A DNA stretch of 64,000 nt. Source: Lama guanicoe (Eukaryota). Made by a program: the position numbers and the translations under genes. Shown piece after piece: positions 35,519 to 47,348 of the stretch; within the stretch, counting starts at the first letter, position 1; each line of letters starts with the position of its first letter. The stretch is taken from NCBI GenBank assembly GCA_013239625.1, contig MU054323.1, positions 5,507,220 through 5,571,219 on the forward strand, read 5' to 3'. Below the pieces are notes generated by a model. That model was not told where the DNA came from. It ran no database searches and saw only the letters and a list, made by a program, of their open reading frames with translations.

Positions 35519-36639
35519 CACAGCATTCTCTGTCTGCTCTCCAGCCATCCCACTTAGCCAGTTTGCCCACCTGTACCTCTGGCAGTGCCTGCTTCCTTCT
35601 CCAGGGGCTTACATGCTCATCATCAGCAATCTGCTCTATCAAGCTGCCTCTCCTCTTCCCACTGAAAAGCACCCCCACCCCATCCCATCTCTGGCCTCTT
35701 CCTCCTCCAAGACCCAGCTCCAGTCCTACTTTCTTGAAGGAGTCTTCCCTGGCCTTTCTAGACCACATGTATCTCCCTCAGAACTCCTCAATCCTCCACT
35801 GTCCAAAGTATAAACCCAGCCCTTGATCACACACCTCCTGAACTCCTCCCTTTCCTAGCTCCTTCCTGAATTAAGAAACCAGCTCATGTACCTCCACCTC
35901 CCACCTAGGGAGGGCTGGGAAGATTAAAATGGATACAAACATCCATCTGGTGGGGATTTTTCTCTGCAAAGAAAGTACAACAATGGTAAACATTGGATTA
36001 AAAAAAAACAGGAAAAGCAAAGAAACTCTGGAGGTCTTTCTGTTTGAAATAAGCTAAAAACAAAAGTTGGGAGGGGAGGGTTGGTTGAAGAAGGTGATCT
36101 CATTGCAGTTAAATACATCCTACGGCTTCTGCCACAGCCAATCTGTGAAAACGTGAGATATCCTGGCCCTACAACAGGGATTGCTTCTGAGATGGGGTTT
36201 CCGGCAGGCATCGGGACCACATTAAAGGAGGATCGAGTGATTCACTCTACAGAGACCTCTCCAAACAGATGAGTTCAAAGTTCTGCTTTTAATCGATTCA
36301 GTGTGTGACATCACTGGCAGCATTTCCTCCGAAGATAAGGGCAGCACGGATTATCAGATAGGAAGCACGGGCAGCCCTGAGGAAGGAGGAGCCCACTGCC
36401 AGAGTAAAGGGGCCGAAACTGGCTGTGGGTGGGGGTGGGGTGCTGGCTGCTGCTTTGCCAGGAAGAACACAACCCCCAGTTCAAGTTCCAACCCTGGCAG
36501 TCAGAAGGGCCCAGGGTCTCCCCTCCGTGAGCCAGCCACTAGCTTGTGGGGAGGAGGGGAGAAGAACGAGATCTTCAGAGACCTAGGGCATTTCCAAAAG
36601 GCAGAGTGTGGCAACTCTCAGTGTCTGCTCCATCTCGAT

Positions 36640-36830
36640 TAATTTATTAATATTGCTGAGCATGAAAAAGTGTCAAACCCTGTGCTGAGTGCTATGGATG
36701 TAACAGACAGCCCTGAGCCCTGCCTGTAGGGGGCGCCCATTCCAGCGGGGAAGAAAGACATTGAGAAATCAGGATGATCACACATAGTTTTTAAAGGGCC
36801 ACGTGACATAATGGGAGTGGGAGGCTTTTC
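36640..36830 (-). mobile_element. L2 3' fragment
   Basis: 'tattgctgagcat...ctgtgctgagtgctatggatgtaacagacagccctgagccctgcc' is an antisense L2 tail. Confidence 0.55.
36723..36736 (+). promoter_or_regulatory. Candidate CTCF binding site
   Basis: CCTGTAGGGGGCGC matches 13/14 positions of CCASYAGRKGGCRS. Confidence 0.4.
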
Positions 36831-37269
36831 CTTGCCAGGGTGAGCCAGGGTGTGGTGGTTGGCGGGTGTGGATTTTATGAACGATTTGTTCATCTATAGA
36901 TAGAAGGCTTCCAATACTGCCTTTTCTCCTTAGCTCTTCCTGTCCTGGTCAACTTCTAGATGCTCCACTCAGCCTGGGGAGGGCTGATACCGGATCTTAG
37001 ATGAGATTAGAGGCCCCTCCGATATGCTTCTATTATGATCGGTGATATCCACTCACCTTCCACAATCACCACCCATGGAAATTCTCATGCTGTATTTTAA
37101 CTGCTTGTTTCATTGCCAGTTTCATCCACCAAACAGTAAGCTCCTTGCAGGCAGGGGCGTGTCAGTCTCATTCACAATTTTACCCTCAGAACCCACAGTT
37201 AACAGGGCACATAGCGGGCCCCAACTTTGAGTGCAGTCTGCTTAATGTGCATTTAGAGAAACTTCGCTA

Positions 37270-37490
37270 ATGATGATAGCTGGCGTTGTTCAAACAGGCA
37301 TTATGTGTCAGACACTGCTAAGTACTTGGCAAACATTGACTCATTTAGTCCTTGCGATAATCTTTTGAGTTTGGCATTATTATACCCATTATGCAAATAA
37401 GGGACCTGAAGCTCAGAGAAATTAAGTAATCTGCCCAAGGTCACACAGTCTGGGACTTGATTCAAACTCAGAACTGTCCTTGATCCCCAC
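37270..37490 (-). mobile_element. MIR SINE
   Basis: 'tatgtgtcagacactgctaagtactt...ctcatttagtcct...cccattatgcaaataagggacctgaagctcagagaaattaagtaatctgcccaaggtcacacag'. Confidence 0.85.
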
Positions 37491-39260
37491 AGATGCTGGC
37501 CTGAGGTCCCCTGGAGCAGAAGTATGTTCTCTGTGAGCATGTGAGGAGAGGGAACTGCTTCTGGCCAGATGTGGGAAAGATCCTCGCAGCTTTGTGTGCC
37601 CAATGGACACATCCACAAGGAAGGCAAATGGTTCGCACTTGTCAGGATCTAAAGCTCCCAGTGGTGGGGATCCTAAGCTCACAGCATCCTCTGTGAGAAG
37701 GTGAAAGCAGGTACCAGACTCTATGAGGCTTCTCCAAGAAGAAGAGAGACGCCTGAGGAAGAACCTGGGAAAGCAGGGGAAGTGTCCAGGATCAATGCTC
37801 TTAGGTTCCTGGAGTCTCTCTCGGGTTCATCTGGGCTTCTCACTGAAACTCAGGGTCTGCTGCATACAGGAAGCCTCAGAGCTAGTCTCATCCAGGGCTG
37901 GACCTGGGGCAGGAAGCAGAGGGATAGGAAGAAAGCTTGTCAGTGTGAGGTCGGGGCACAAACTAACACAGACAAGAAGCACAGGCACAGAAGGGGCGAG
38001 TGACACGCCTGCTGTCACATCACACGCTGTGAGTGGGATGCGCTAAACCGTCCCAGGCTGATCTGGCTGTGGCGGGATCCTTCTCCCTAAAGAGCCCCTT
38101 CCGCCTGCTGCTACTCCCTTGTGGAAAATTAAGAGAGGAGCTTGTCATAACCGAAAGAAAGAAAAGTAGCTGCTCATTTCATCATGAAAACTCCTGCAAG
38201 CCTATGGCAAATGGTCTCGATTCCTTCCTTCCACCTGATTTATACCGAAGCCATTGTTCACCCCGATGGTGCTCAATATATCACCAGAATGAACACCATG
38301 CATTTTGGTATTTCACCCTCCAAAGCCTCATAGAAAAATGGATGCTAATGAAGAGACCTTCCATGCTTTCCTAAGAAGACTATCACCTCTGATAATACAG
38401 AGTGCTTCAGCGGGTCAATAAATGCAATAAATCAATGCAGTTTATTAAATACAACAAGCACTTTCCCAGGGAAGTGCTCAGAAAGAGTCCAGAACAGCAC
38501 ATCACCAGCACTCAGAATAGGAAGAGGTTCCAGTAGCTACTTATTATAAACAAAGTTTCAACAAATACTTCAAGAGAGATTTAAAGCCAGGAACAGTGAC
38601 GTTCATAATCACCCCATCCCAATCCCCAGCAGAGCTGTCCCTGTGGGAATCCTCACCTGTGCTTTTTAGGCAGAATCCAATTTACCATCCTTTGTACAGA
38701 AACACTCGGCTCAGCTCCTGGGACAGAGCGAGCAAATGTTCAAGTGAACAAGGGCAAGCTCCACTGTGCACAGGAGAGTACAAGTTAGGTGAGATCAAGC
38801 ATATTGGGTCTCAAGAACATGGGAACTGATCCTTGAATCTGCCTGTTCTCTGCCCAGGGAAGGAGCAGAGAATGGCCCCCCAACCAAGGTATGAAAGTTG
38901 TCCCAAAGGAGAGCCCACATCCGAACCCTGGTCCTGACATGTAGACAGGGCTGGCTTAACAGGTCATGGGAGTAGGCAGACCTACTTCCTCTGTCTGCTT
39001 CCTCCGCAAGCAAGAGTTCCTAGAACAGCCTCTGCACTGATGGAATGAGATCACACCTCTCCCCAACGAAGGCTGGGACTGCCACTTCCTCACCGCAGCT
39101 CCAGGTCTAGTTTTATCTCTCTCCACTCGAAAGCCACTGAGGAGGGAAGGGCCACAGCAGGGCTGCTGTGGGGTCACAGTTCAGGCTGCAGACACCCAGG
39201 GCCTGGCCCTGGGCTACTCCCTAGGCAGGGAGCTTTTGTTAAAACACTGACCCTCCAAGT

Positions 39261-39320
39261 CATCCACCCATCCATCTACCAACTCATCCATCCATCCACT
39301 GGCCCATCCATCCATCCATT
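39261..39320. repeat. Degenerate (CCAT)n simple repeat, probably an L2 tail
   Basis: 'catccacccatccatctacc...catccatccatccac...catccatccatccatt'. Confidence 0.7.
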
Positions 39321-39434
39321 CCCCAAATGGCTGCTGAGGGCTTCACCACATTCAAGGCTCTGTGGGGACGCAGAGGGTCTCTCAAGGATCCAGAGTGTAC
39401 AACAGGTGATAAAATAGCCTGCTGACCAGCCATG

Positions 39435-39610
39435 TGATGGAAACAGGCTGAGCTCTGGAAGCCACTACACCTGGGTCCTCACGTCAGCTGTGTCTCTGGG
39501 TAAGTTGTGAAACCTCTCAGTGTTTCCAGTGCCAAACCTAGAAAACAGGGATAAGAACAGGATACCAAAGAGGTTCTTTGTGAGGATTAAATGAGACAAT
39601 GGAGAGTTCC
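39435..39610 (+). mobile_element. MIR SINE
   Basis: 'gctctggaagccactacacctgggt...agctgtgtctctgggtaagttg...aacctctcagtg...tgtgaggattaaatgaga'. Confidence 0.75.
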
Positions 39611-39739
39611 TAAAGGGTGATAAGGCCCACCATCAGTAGTAGAGGAAATAATTTTAGTTGGAGCAGGGGCAAACTTTTATCTAGCATCTTTCAGCAAAAA
39701 AAAAAAAAAAACTATCAAACTCAATTTCACAAATATTAT

Positions 39740-40470
39740 TACTTAAGATACATCTAAAATTTAAACTAAGTTTACACAGAGTGAAAAAGGTATTTGTAAT
39801 ACACGTTACCAACAAAGGGCTTATAGCCAGAATATACAAGGAATTTCTACAGATCAATAAAAAGATGACAAAACAGATGAAATGGTACAACCACTGGAAA
39901 GCCTATCTGACACCCCCTCCTAGAGTTGAACATCATGTCTCATAACCCAGCAATTATACTCCTAAATATATGGTCAGCATATATGTACTTTAATAAATAT
40001 GTATGAAAAAGATTAATACTACCATTATTCATAACAGCCAAAAATGAGAAACAACGCAAAGGTCCATAAACAGCAGAAAAAAAATAAGTAAACAACAACA
40101 GCAGCAGAATAAATACACAAGGATGCTGTATTTGTGCAATGGAGTACTACACAGCAGGGGAAAAGAAATAAACCCAGCCATGTGCAACGACAGAGAGACC
40201 CCCTCAAACACAATCCTGAAGTATAGGTCAGATGCACACAAAAACATACACACTGTCTGACTCTACATGTTTAACGAGCAGACACTGGCAAACCAAACAA
40301 CAGAGTGTGAGAGGCAGAACGGGGCACCTCTAGAGAAGCAGGAGTGCGGCACGAGGAAGGTCTCTGAGGCTCTTGCCCTGTTCTGTTTCTTGACATTTCA
40401 TGATTATTTATTAATTTATAATCTGTGCTTTGTGCACTTTTCAATAAGTTATACTCAACTTTTTTAAGTT
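39740..40470 (+). mobile_element. Old L1 (L1ME/L1MB-like) 3' fragment
   Basis: 'aacaaagggcttatagccagaatatacaaggaatttctacagatcaataa', 'aacccagcaattatactccta', 'ttattcataacagccaaaa', 'tttgtgcacttttc'. Confidence 0.75.
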
Positions 40471-40599
40471 TTACAAAGTCTTTAAATACTAAGTAAATAC
40501 ATAGGTGCATGATTATAGCAAAACTGGGGGGATAATAATGTCTAAAGATGGGAAAACATTGAGGTAAGGGAACTAACAGAACTTCACAAGGTACAGATC

Positions 40600-40815
40600 T
40601 TATTCTGTGCACTTTAAGCCAATTGTCTCATTTAATTGTCAACACTTTCAGGAGGTAGGTAATACTCTAAGCCCTCATTTTACAGATGGGAACTCTAAGG
40701 CATAGAGAAGTTAAGCTACTTGCTTAAGGTCACCCAGCTAGTTAGCAGTAAAGCTAAGATTGTAAGCCAGGCAGTCAAGTACAGAACAATGGTTGCACTC
40801 TGGACCATCGCCCCA
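40600..40815 (-). mobile_element. MIR SINE
   Basis: 'ctcattttacagatgggaactctaaggcatagagaagttaagctacttgcttaaggtcacccagctagttag'. Confidence 0.85.
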
Positions 40816-43800
40816 GGCTGTCCTTACGCAAAGGACCAGCACGAAAACTAACACACAGTCATGCTCATTCTGTGCTGGACTCTTAAATAAATAATAGTCT
40901 TTCCTCTTGATTCCCTGCGGTCTGCTCAGGGAGCCTTCCCCTCATCCATCAGTCCTCTCCCAATTTATTTTTATGTTAAACTTTTGAGACTCCTCACCCC
41001 CCTCCCCCAAATTTTGTGTCTCTATTTCAAGATGTCTAGTGAAACACTGCCTACTTGGGGTCTAGGGGACATCAAAGGCACAACAGCACAACCTTTTGAA
41101 AAATAAAATAGCCAGGCTGATATCCATGGTATGTTAACTGCGAGGGCAGAAGGCGGGTTTGGCTTTGCCTGAGGAGGGCTGTCCGGGGAGACCACCTAAA
41201 GATTTCCAGTTTTTTAAGGGCTGAGGAGTTGATGTGTGCTCTCGGGCTTTCCCTGGCTCCTGCAGGGGCACGGGCACTGACGGTGGCCAGATCACAGGGA
41301 AAGCCTGCTGTGAACAGCACGCTTCTTCACCTCCTAGAAGGAAGCCCGAGATGGATGATACAAGTGTATTCAGAATGAAGCAGGGAGGAAAATGGCTCAC
41401 AAATCTTGGAAAAAGTAAGGAGATGCTCCCAGGGTCCCAAGGCTTGAGGATGTTGTTCTGAAATAGATTTAAGATGCACATGCTCTCTGGAAGCATCGCC
41501 CTTTGAGACTGCGAGGGCATCCGCCAGGGAGAGGACCCCCTCCCTGGAGCCCCTCTGGGGCCTGCTGGAAAGCCTGGCCGATTTGTCGTCTGAAGACAGC
41601 TATTCTGGCTCTGAATGTCTATACAATCCTTTTGGTGCGAAAGTCATTTGTAATCATGCAGCAGCCTGTTTAATTATAACTAATGGATGTCCTCATGCTC
41701 AGTGACGTGCTGTTGGAAATCCCCCGCCCCCAGCTGGAAATATCCACAGAGATGCAACGAAGAGGCCGGCAAGGAAGCAACTACGCTCGGGGACACCCGA
41801 GCTCCTATAGTTGAGGTTCCACTTGCATGGAGAAGTTTCAGCAAAGAAATTCCCCCCACCCCAGGGAGACCTGTGTGGACAGCTCCAGCCTTTCAGGCTC
41901 TGGGGACCAGACGGGCGTCCTCCTTGTGAGCTGCCATCTCTGAAAGCTTGATGATGGGGGCAGAGCCCCCCTCTCCAGGCCTCCTAAAGAGGATGTGATT
42001 TACATGCGCGTTATTAATGAGCTGCATCCTCAAGTTATTCTGGCTGCATGCGGAGCTTAGAGGACTTGGGAGCACAACTTGGCAGGCAAGAGAGGCATTA
42101 AAATACAGCCCTCCCCCAGCTGGTTTTAAAAAATACATAATATGAAAGAAGAAATCAGAGAGTGTGAGGCGGGGGCGGGGGGCAGTAGCAAAAATGGTTT
42201 GAAAAGAGTAAAATGAGGAAAACTTTAAAATAGTTTTTAAAATAAATACGTATATATTTGGCTCCATCTCTCTTCCGCTCTGTTCCTCCCAGCCTCGGGG
42301 CCACTCTCCGGCCAGGAAGGCTCTCCTGCTCTTCTGTCTGCTCACCCCCTGCCGGCCTTGCAGGGCTAACCCGGCTTTATCTACTCATTCCCCTTTGCCT
42401 TCCCCAGATCTCAGAGCACTTTTCCTCCTAGAAATTCCTTCCTAGTAGCCATTTGGCACTTCATTCATTTAATTATTCATCAAAACAGGTATGGATCCCT
42501 TGCCATGAAGTCACTGTGGCAGACACTACTCTCAGGTCTTAGATAAGGCAGTTTTGCCCGTGGGTATCTTGTTTTGTTCAAGAGGCCGAGTTGCTGAGAG
42601 GAGGAAGCACAGAGGCTTAGCGGCCACATGGCCCAAGGCCTGGCACGTGTTGGCCCTGCAGGGAATTGCCTGCTGGATGACCAAACTGGACTCAGCATGC
42701 TGGAGAGTAGCTTTGCTTGCTCTTTGCCAAAGACCCTTGATGACAGGATGCTGTCAATAGCATCACTACCTGTCTTCCTAGAGGGCAGCTGGGAGCAGAG
42801 GACACAGCCTTCAGGAGGAGGGTTCTTGGATGCTAACCCAGCTTTTGCTTGTGGTTGGATAGAACCCCTGAAGGGCTGAAGCCCCAAACATTATCCTAGG
42901 TCTCCTGTCTGGGGACTCAACATCCAAAGAACAGAGACAGTGATAGTGGTGGAGGGTGAAGGGAGAATCTACTGATGGCTGAAGACAGCTGGTTGCTCTC
43001 AGAGAGGAACAGACATGTATTAGTGAACAAGAATGGACCATAAAAGACTCTGAGCAATGAGGAGCTTTATGGGAAGATGGGAGGGAGGTAGAGGTAGAGG
43101 CCTGGGCTCTGTCCTGTCCTCAGAAAGAAAAGTCATGGAAGGTAAAGCAATGGAAGGAATCAATTCCAGACCTCAATAGAAAGGACAGGGTTACTTCAAC
43201 CCAAATTCAGGGAAGAGTCCGGAAACCCAGCTCGCACTTGTTTCCGAGGGAGCCCGGTCTCATATAGTCATGCACCAGCCTCGCTCCCCTCCACATGCAG
43301 AATTTTCAGCTAAGCCCCATCCCTGGAACTTCCCTGATTATAAACACAAACAAGAAGAAATCCTGTCATTTTTAAAGGTTCTCACAACCATGATTATAAT
43401 GCTTCACTTACTAAAAGATTTCACATTAGAACATATAAAATTAATTTTCCCGGATCAAAATATTTTCCAGAGGTTTCCATGATGCATCAATTACTCTTCA
43501 AGCTGCAATGAGAGCTAGGCTGAGTCAGCCGTAATTTGGCCTGGAATTTAGGATGCTGACCCAGGCTCACCAGGGGCTCCACCTGCAAAGGCCTCGGTTT
43601 CTGATGCTTTGGAGTCAGTCTGAGCTCCTGGAACCCACTCCTGGCAGAAAAGCAAGCCAGAGATCCCCCTGACAAAGGCAAGACAATACCATGGACAACT
43701 TCTTCACAAAGGAATGAAGCAAAATGCAGTTTCAGCCTAAATTTCTCACCATCTCAAGAGATAGCCCAGGCTTTGAGATTCGGGCTGATGAAAAATACTG

Positions 43801-45235
43801 TTTCCTACACGTTCCCTGCTGAACAAGATTTCCATAGCACTCACTCCTCCACCTTAGGAGGAAAGGGGCAGCTGGCTGTGTTGTTCCTCCTGCAAGATGT
43901 GACAAAACAGCAGTTTTCTGGCCAAGGAAGAACTAACTGGGAGACCTTAGACCTTAGCCCTCATTCCCCCCTCAATCACTATATAGATCTGTGATGGAAG
44001 TGTCCCTCCACTTGAAGACACTTTGTTCCCAACCCCAAGAGGTAGTTACTTTCTCCAAGAGAAAACTTTGGCCAGCACATCACTGCATCAGTAAGTGGAT
44101 CAGAATGAGAGTCGATTCAGGGTACAGCTGTTTTGAGTCAGGCTCTCCTGGTTACATCTGACAAACATCAGCTACTCGAAGCACAGGCTGGAATCTAGAT
44201 TCTTATATCCAGCAAAAAGCACCAATCTCCCCTTCCTTTGATGAGAATCTTGGTTGTGTGCCCAGTACCATGCTATGTGATGGAGGGGCTTGCCATTCTC
44301 TTCCACTCTTTCCCTAAATGGAGAGATACCACAATGGTTCAGATCTGTCAACTTGTCCTCTTCTGTCCTGGAAAGGTTGCAGTCAGGGTTAAATAACGGG
44401 TGATTACAGAGGGGCTTTCTCATTGAAATGAGAATTAATATTAATGCAATTATAGGTTGCTGGCTTCGGTGTTCTGCTGACATGCATCAGCATTTAAACA
44501 CTATCACTCTACAAAAATACAAGCATCCTACAACGGCTTCAACAGTAATGCCAAGAGGCAGAAATGCGCAAAGGACTCTACTGGGTACCATTTTTGCAAG
44601 ACTCTTCTAAGAATTAGAGTAGAGGGGAGAGAAACCACAACTCTCCCAGTTGAAAATGTTTGTTCCCATAAAAGGTAAAAGTTGATTTATTTTTATGAAA
44701 TGCTACAAATATGCTCTAAAAGTCACTGAATTCCTCAGCTACCTCGCCCCAAATCATTGCTTTATGGAGCTTTTAAGGCCTTCAAAATACAGCACTGTAG
44801 CTAAAATAGGGCCATTCCCCAAGCAACAGGATTGTAAACAGGATGTTACAGGAAGAAAAGATTTTTTTCAGGACCATGGCAAGCAGCTATCCATTTCTTA
44901 CAATCCAGATGGTGTGATCTGAGGGCAATTGAACAGCACAAAACTCCTCCCTCAGAAATACCTGCCTCCCCCACCCCCCCACTATCTGAGCCTCACACGT
45001 AGACTCTTCCCTTTGAATCTCTGTCAGTCCATTGTCAAAACAGATGAGCCACTCAAACCATAGACCTCTAGGGTAGAAGGGACCTCAGTGGCCATTCTGG
45101 TCAATCCACGCATGTCACAGTAGCCAAAAGGCAGGTCCAGAGACTCAGCCAGAATCATGCACCCAGACATTGATAGAATTTGCATCCAGGCCAGGGCCCC
45201 AGGATGGCCAGCCTGGTACTTTATCCATTACATAG

Positions 45236-45620
45236 TGTTTTGGGGTGAGTTGTGTCCTATTTCAAAAAGATACGCTGGCCTCCTAAGCTCCAGTACATCA
45301 GAATGCGACCTTATTTGGAGACGGGATGGTTACAGAGGTAATCAAGTTAAAATAAGGTTCTTAGGGTGGGCCCTAAGCCAAGATGACTGCTGTCCTCGTA
45401 AAGAGGGGAAGTTTGGACACAGAAAGAGATGTACGTAGAGGGAGGACGATGTGAGGAGACAAGGAGGAGATACTGTCGGCAAGGCAAGGAGAAAAGCTTT
45501 GCACAGATCCTTCTTGCACAGCCTCTGGAAGAGTCAACCCTGCCAAGACGATACATCTTGTCGTTCAAGCCTCCCAGCCTGGGGTATTTTGTCACAGCAG
45601 CCTTAGCAAACCCAGTAGCA
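45236..45620 (+). mobile_element. MLT1B/C-like MaLR solo LTR
   Basis: 'cagaatgcgaccttatttggagac...gaggtaatcaagttaaaataagg...agggtgggccctaa...ggtattttgtcacagcagccttagcaaac'. Confidence 0.85.
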
Positions 45621-46077
45621 CCTGTCTGGAGCGGCACATGTGTCTGTGTAAGTGTCTATGTAGATACGCTGGCTTTATTTCACAGTTCAGCTATCTGTAG
45701 ATACTGACTTCTTTAAAAGTGAAAAGACACAATTTCCATAAAAGTCTCTTTTACGGATGTTAGCCTCTAAAAGACATAACCTTGGTCAAAACCCTTTCGG
45801 AAACCCATCTCCTAGGGTAATGGAAACAAAAGCAAAAATAAACAAATGGGACCCAATTAAACTTAAAAGCTTTAAGCACAGCAAAGGAAACCATAAACAA
45901 AACAAAAAGAAAACCTACAGAATATGAGAAAATATTTGCAAAGGATGTGACTGACAGGGGATTAATTTCCAAAACATACAAACAGCTTATGCAGCCAATA
46001 TAAAAAAAAAAAAAAGCAACCCAAACAAAAAATGGGCAGAAGACCTAAATAAAAATTTCTCTAAAGAGGACATCCAG

Positions 46078-46404
46078 ATGGCCAACAGGCACATGAAAAG
46101 ATGCTCAGCATCACTAATTATTAGAGAAATGCAAATCAAAACTAAAATGAGGTATCACCTCACACTGGGCAGAATGACTATCATCAAAAAGTCTACAAAT
46201 AATAAATGCTGGAGAGGATGTAGAGAAAATGGAGCCCTCCTACACTGTTGGTGGGAATATAAATTGGTGCAGCCACTATGGAGAACAGTATGGATGTACC
46301 TTAAACAACTAAAAACAGAATCACCATATGGTTCAGCAATCCCCCTCCTGGGCATATATCTGGAAAAGATGAAAACGCTAATTCAAAAAGATACATGCAC
46401 TTGA
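46078..46404 (+). pseudogene. Remnant of the LINE-1 ORF2 C-terminal cysteine-rich domain (not a host gene)
   Basis: Peptide [28 protein letters not shown]...CWRGC.E.G.LLHCWWE.KLVQPLW is the L1 ORF2p C-terminus. The element is 5'-truncated. Confidence 0.9.
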
Positions 46405-46490
46405 ATGTTCATAGCAGCACTATTTACAATAGACAAGACATGGAAGCAACCTAAGTGTTCATTGACAGATGACTGAATAAAGAAAATGTG

Positions 46491-46493
46491 GCG

Positions 46494-46534
<41 letters not shown>
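46491..46534. repeat. Compound (GC)6(AC)16 microsatellite
   Basis: Read directly: 44 bp of alternating purine-pyrimidine. Confidence 0.95.
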
Positions 46535-46537
<3 letters not shown>

Positions 46538-47054
46538 GGAATACTACTTAGCCAAAAAAAGGATGAAATAATGCCATTTGTAGCAACATAGATGAACTAG
46601 AGATTAACACACTAAGTGAAGTAAGATAGAGAAAGACAAATATCATGTACCACTTACATGTGGAAAATGATACAAATGAACTTATTCACAAATCATAAAT
46701 AGATGCATAGACATAGAAAACAAACTTATGGTTATCAAAGGGGAAAGGGGGGAGGAATAAATTTGGGATTTGGGTTTAATAGATACATATTACTATATAT
46801 AAAATAGATAAACAAGGACCTACTGTTTAGCATAGGGAACTATATTTAATATCTTATAAGACCCTATCATGGAAAAGAATCTGAAAAAGCATACTTGTAT
46901 ATTATATAATTATATAAAAATATCTTATATAAATATAGATTATATATATATAAAAAATAGTATATTATATATATAACCGAATCACTGTGTTGTACACCTG
47001 AAACACTGTAAATCAACTATACTTCAATTTAAAAAAAAAAAACCAAACGGTAGG

Positions 47055-47205
47055 CCCAAAACCCTATCAAATAGATACTATTACTAATTCCCCTTTAGAC
47101 ATGAAGACACTTAGATAGGTTGCAAAAACTGCCAAAGACCAACCAATGAGAAAGCAGCAGAGTGGATTTCAAACCTAACTCTATTTGGTTCCAGAGTACA
47201 GGTTC
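47055..47205 (-). mobile_element. MIR fragment (apparent target of the adjacent L1)
   Basis: 'aaccctatcaaatagatactattactaattcccctttagacatgaagacact...ggatttcaaacctaactct...ttccagagt'. Confidence 0.6.
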
Positions 47206-47217
47206 CTGAGTACAAGG

Positions 47218-47348
47218 TAGTGAGCTTTCCATCACTAGTAGTATTCAAGCAGAAGTTGGAGGGCCACCAGTGAGAGATACTTTCTAAGGAACCCCTTCCC
47301 TTCGAGGCGGAAGTGAAGTGTCTTCTAAGGCCCCGTCAGCCTTGAGCT
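47218..47348 (+). mobile_element. L3/CR1 3' end
   Basis: 'gtagtgagctttccatcactagtagtattcaagcagaagttgga...ttctaaggccccgtcagccttgag'. Confidence 0.6.

Larger units (their letters stand above)
45796..47042 (+). mobile_element. 5'-truncated L1 (cetartiodactyl type): ORF2 3' end, 3'UTR and poly(A)
   Basis: 'aaacaaatgggacccaattaaacttaaaagc', the ORF2 C-terminal segment, 'aacaaggacctactgtttagcatagggaactata' and 'aaatcaactatacttcaatttaaaaaaaaaa'. CAAAACCCT occurs on both sides (possible TSD). Confidence 0.95.

Noticed and set aside
46078..46404. 108-aa ORF as a functional gene or active LINE
   Set aside because: It is the C-terminal remnant of L1 ORF2p in a 1.2-kb 5'-truncated copy with no promoter, ORF1, endonuclease or RT domain.
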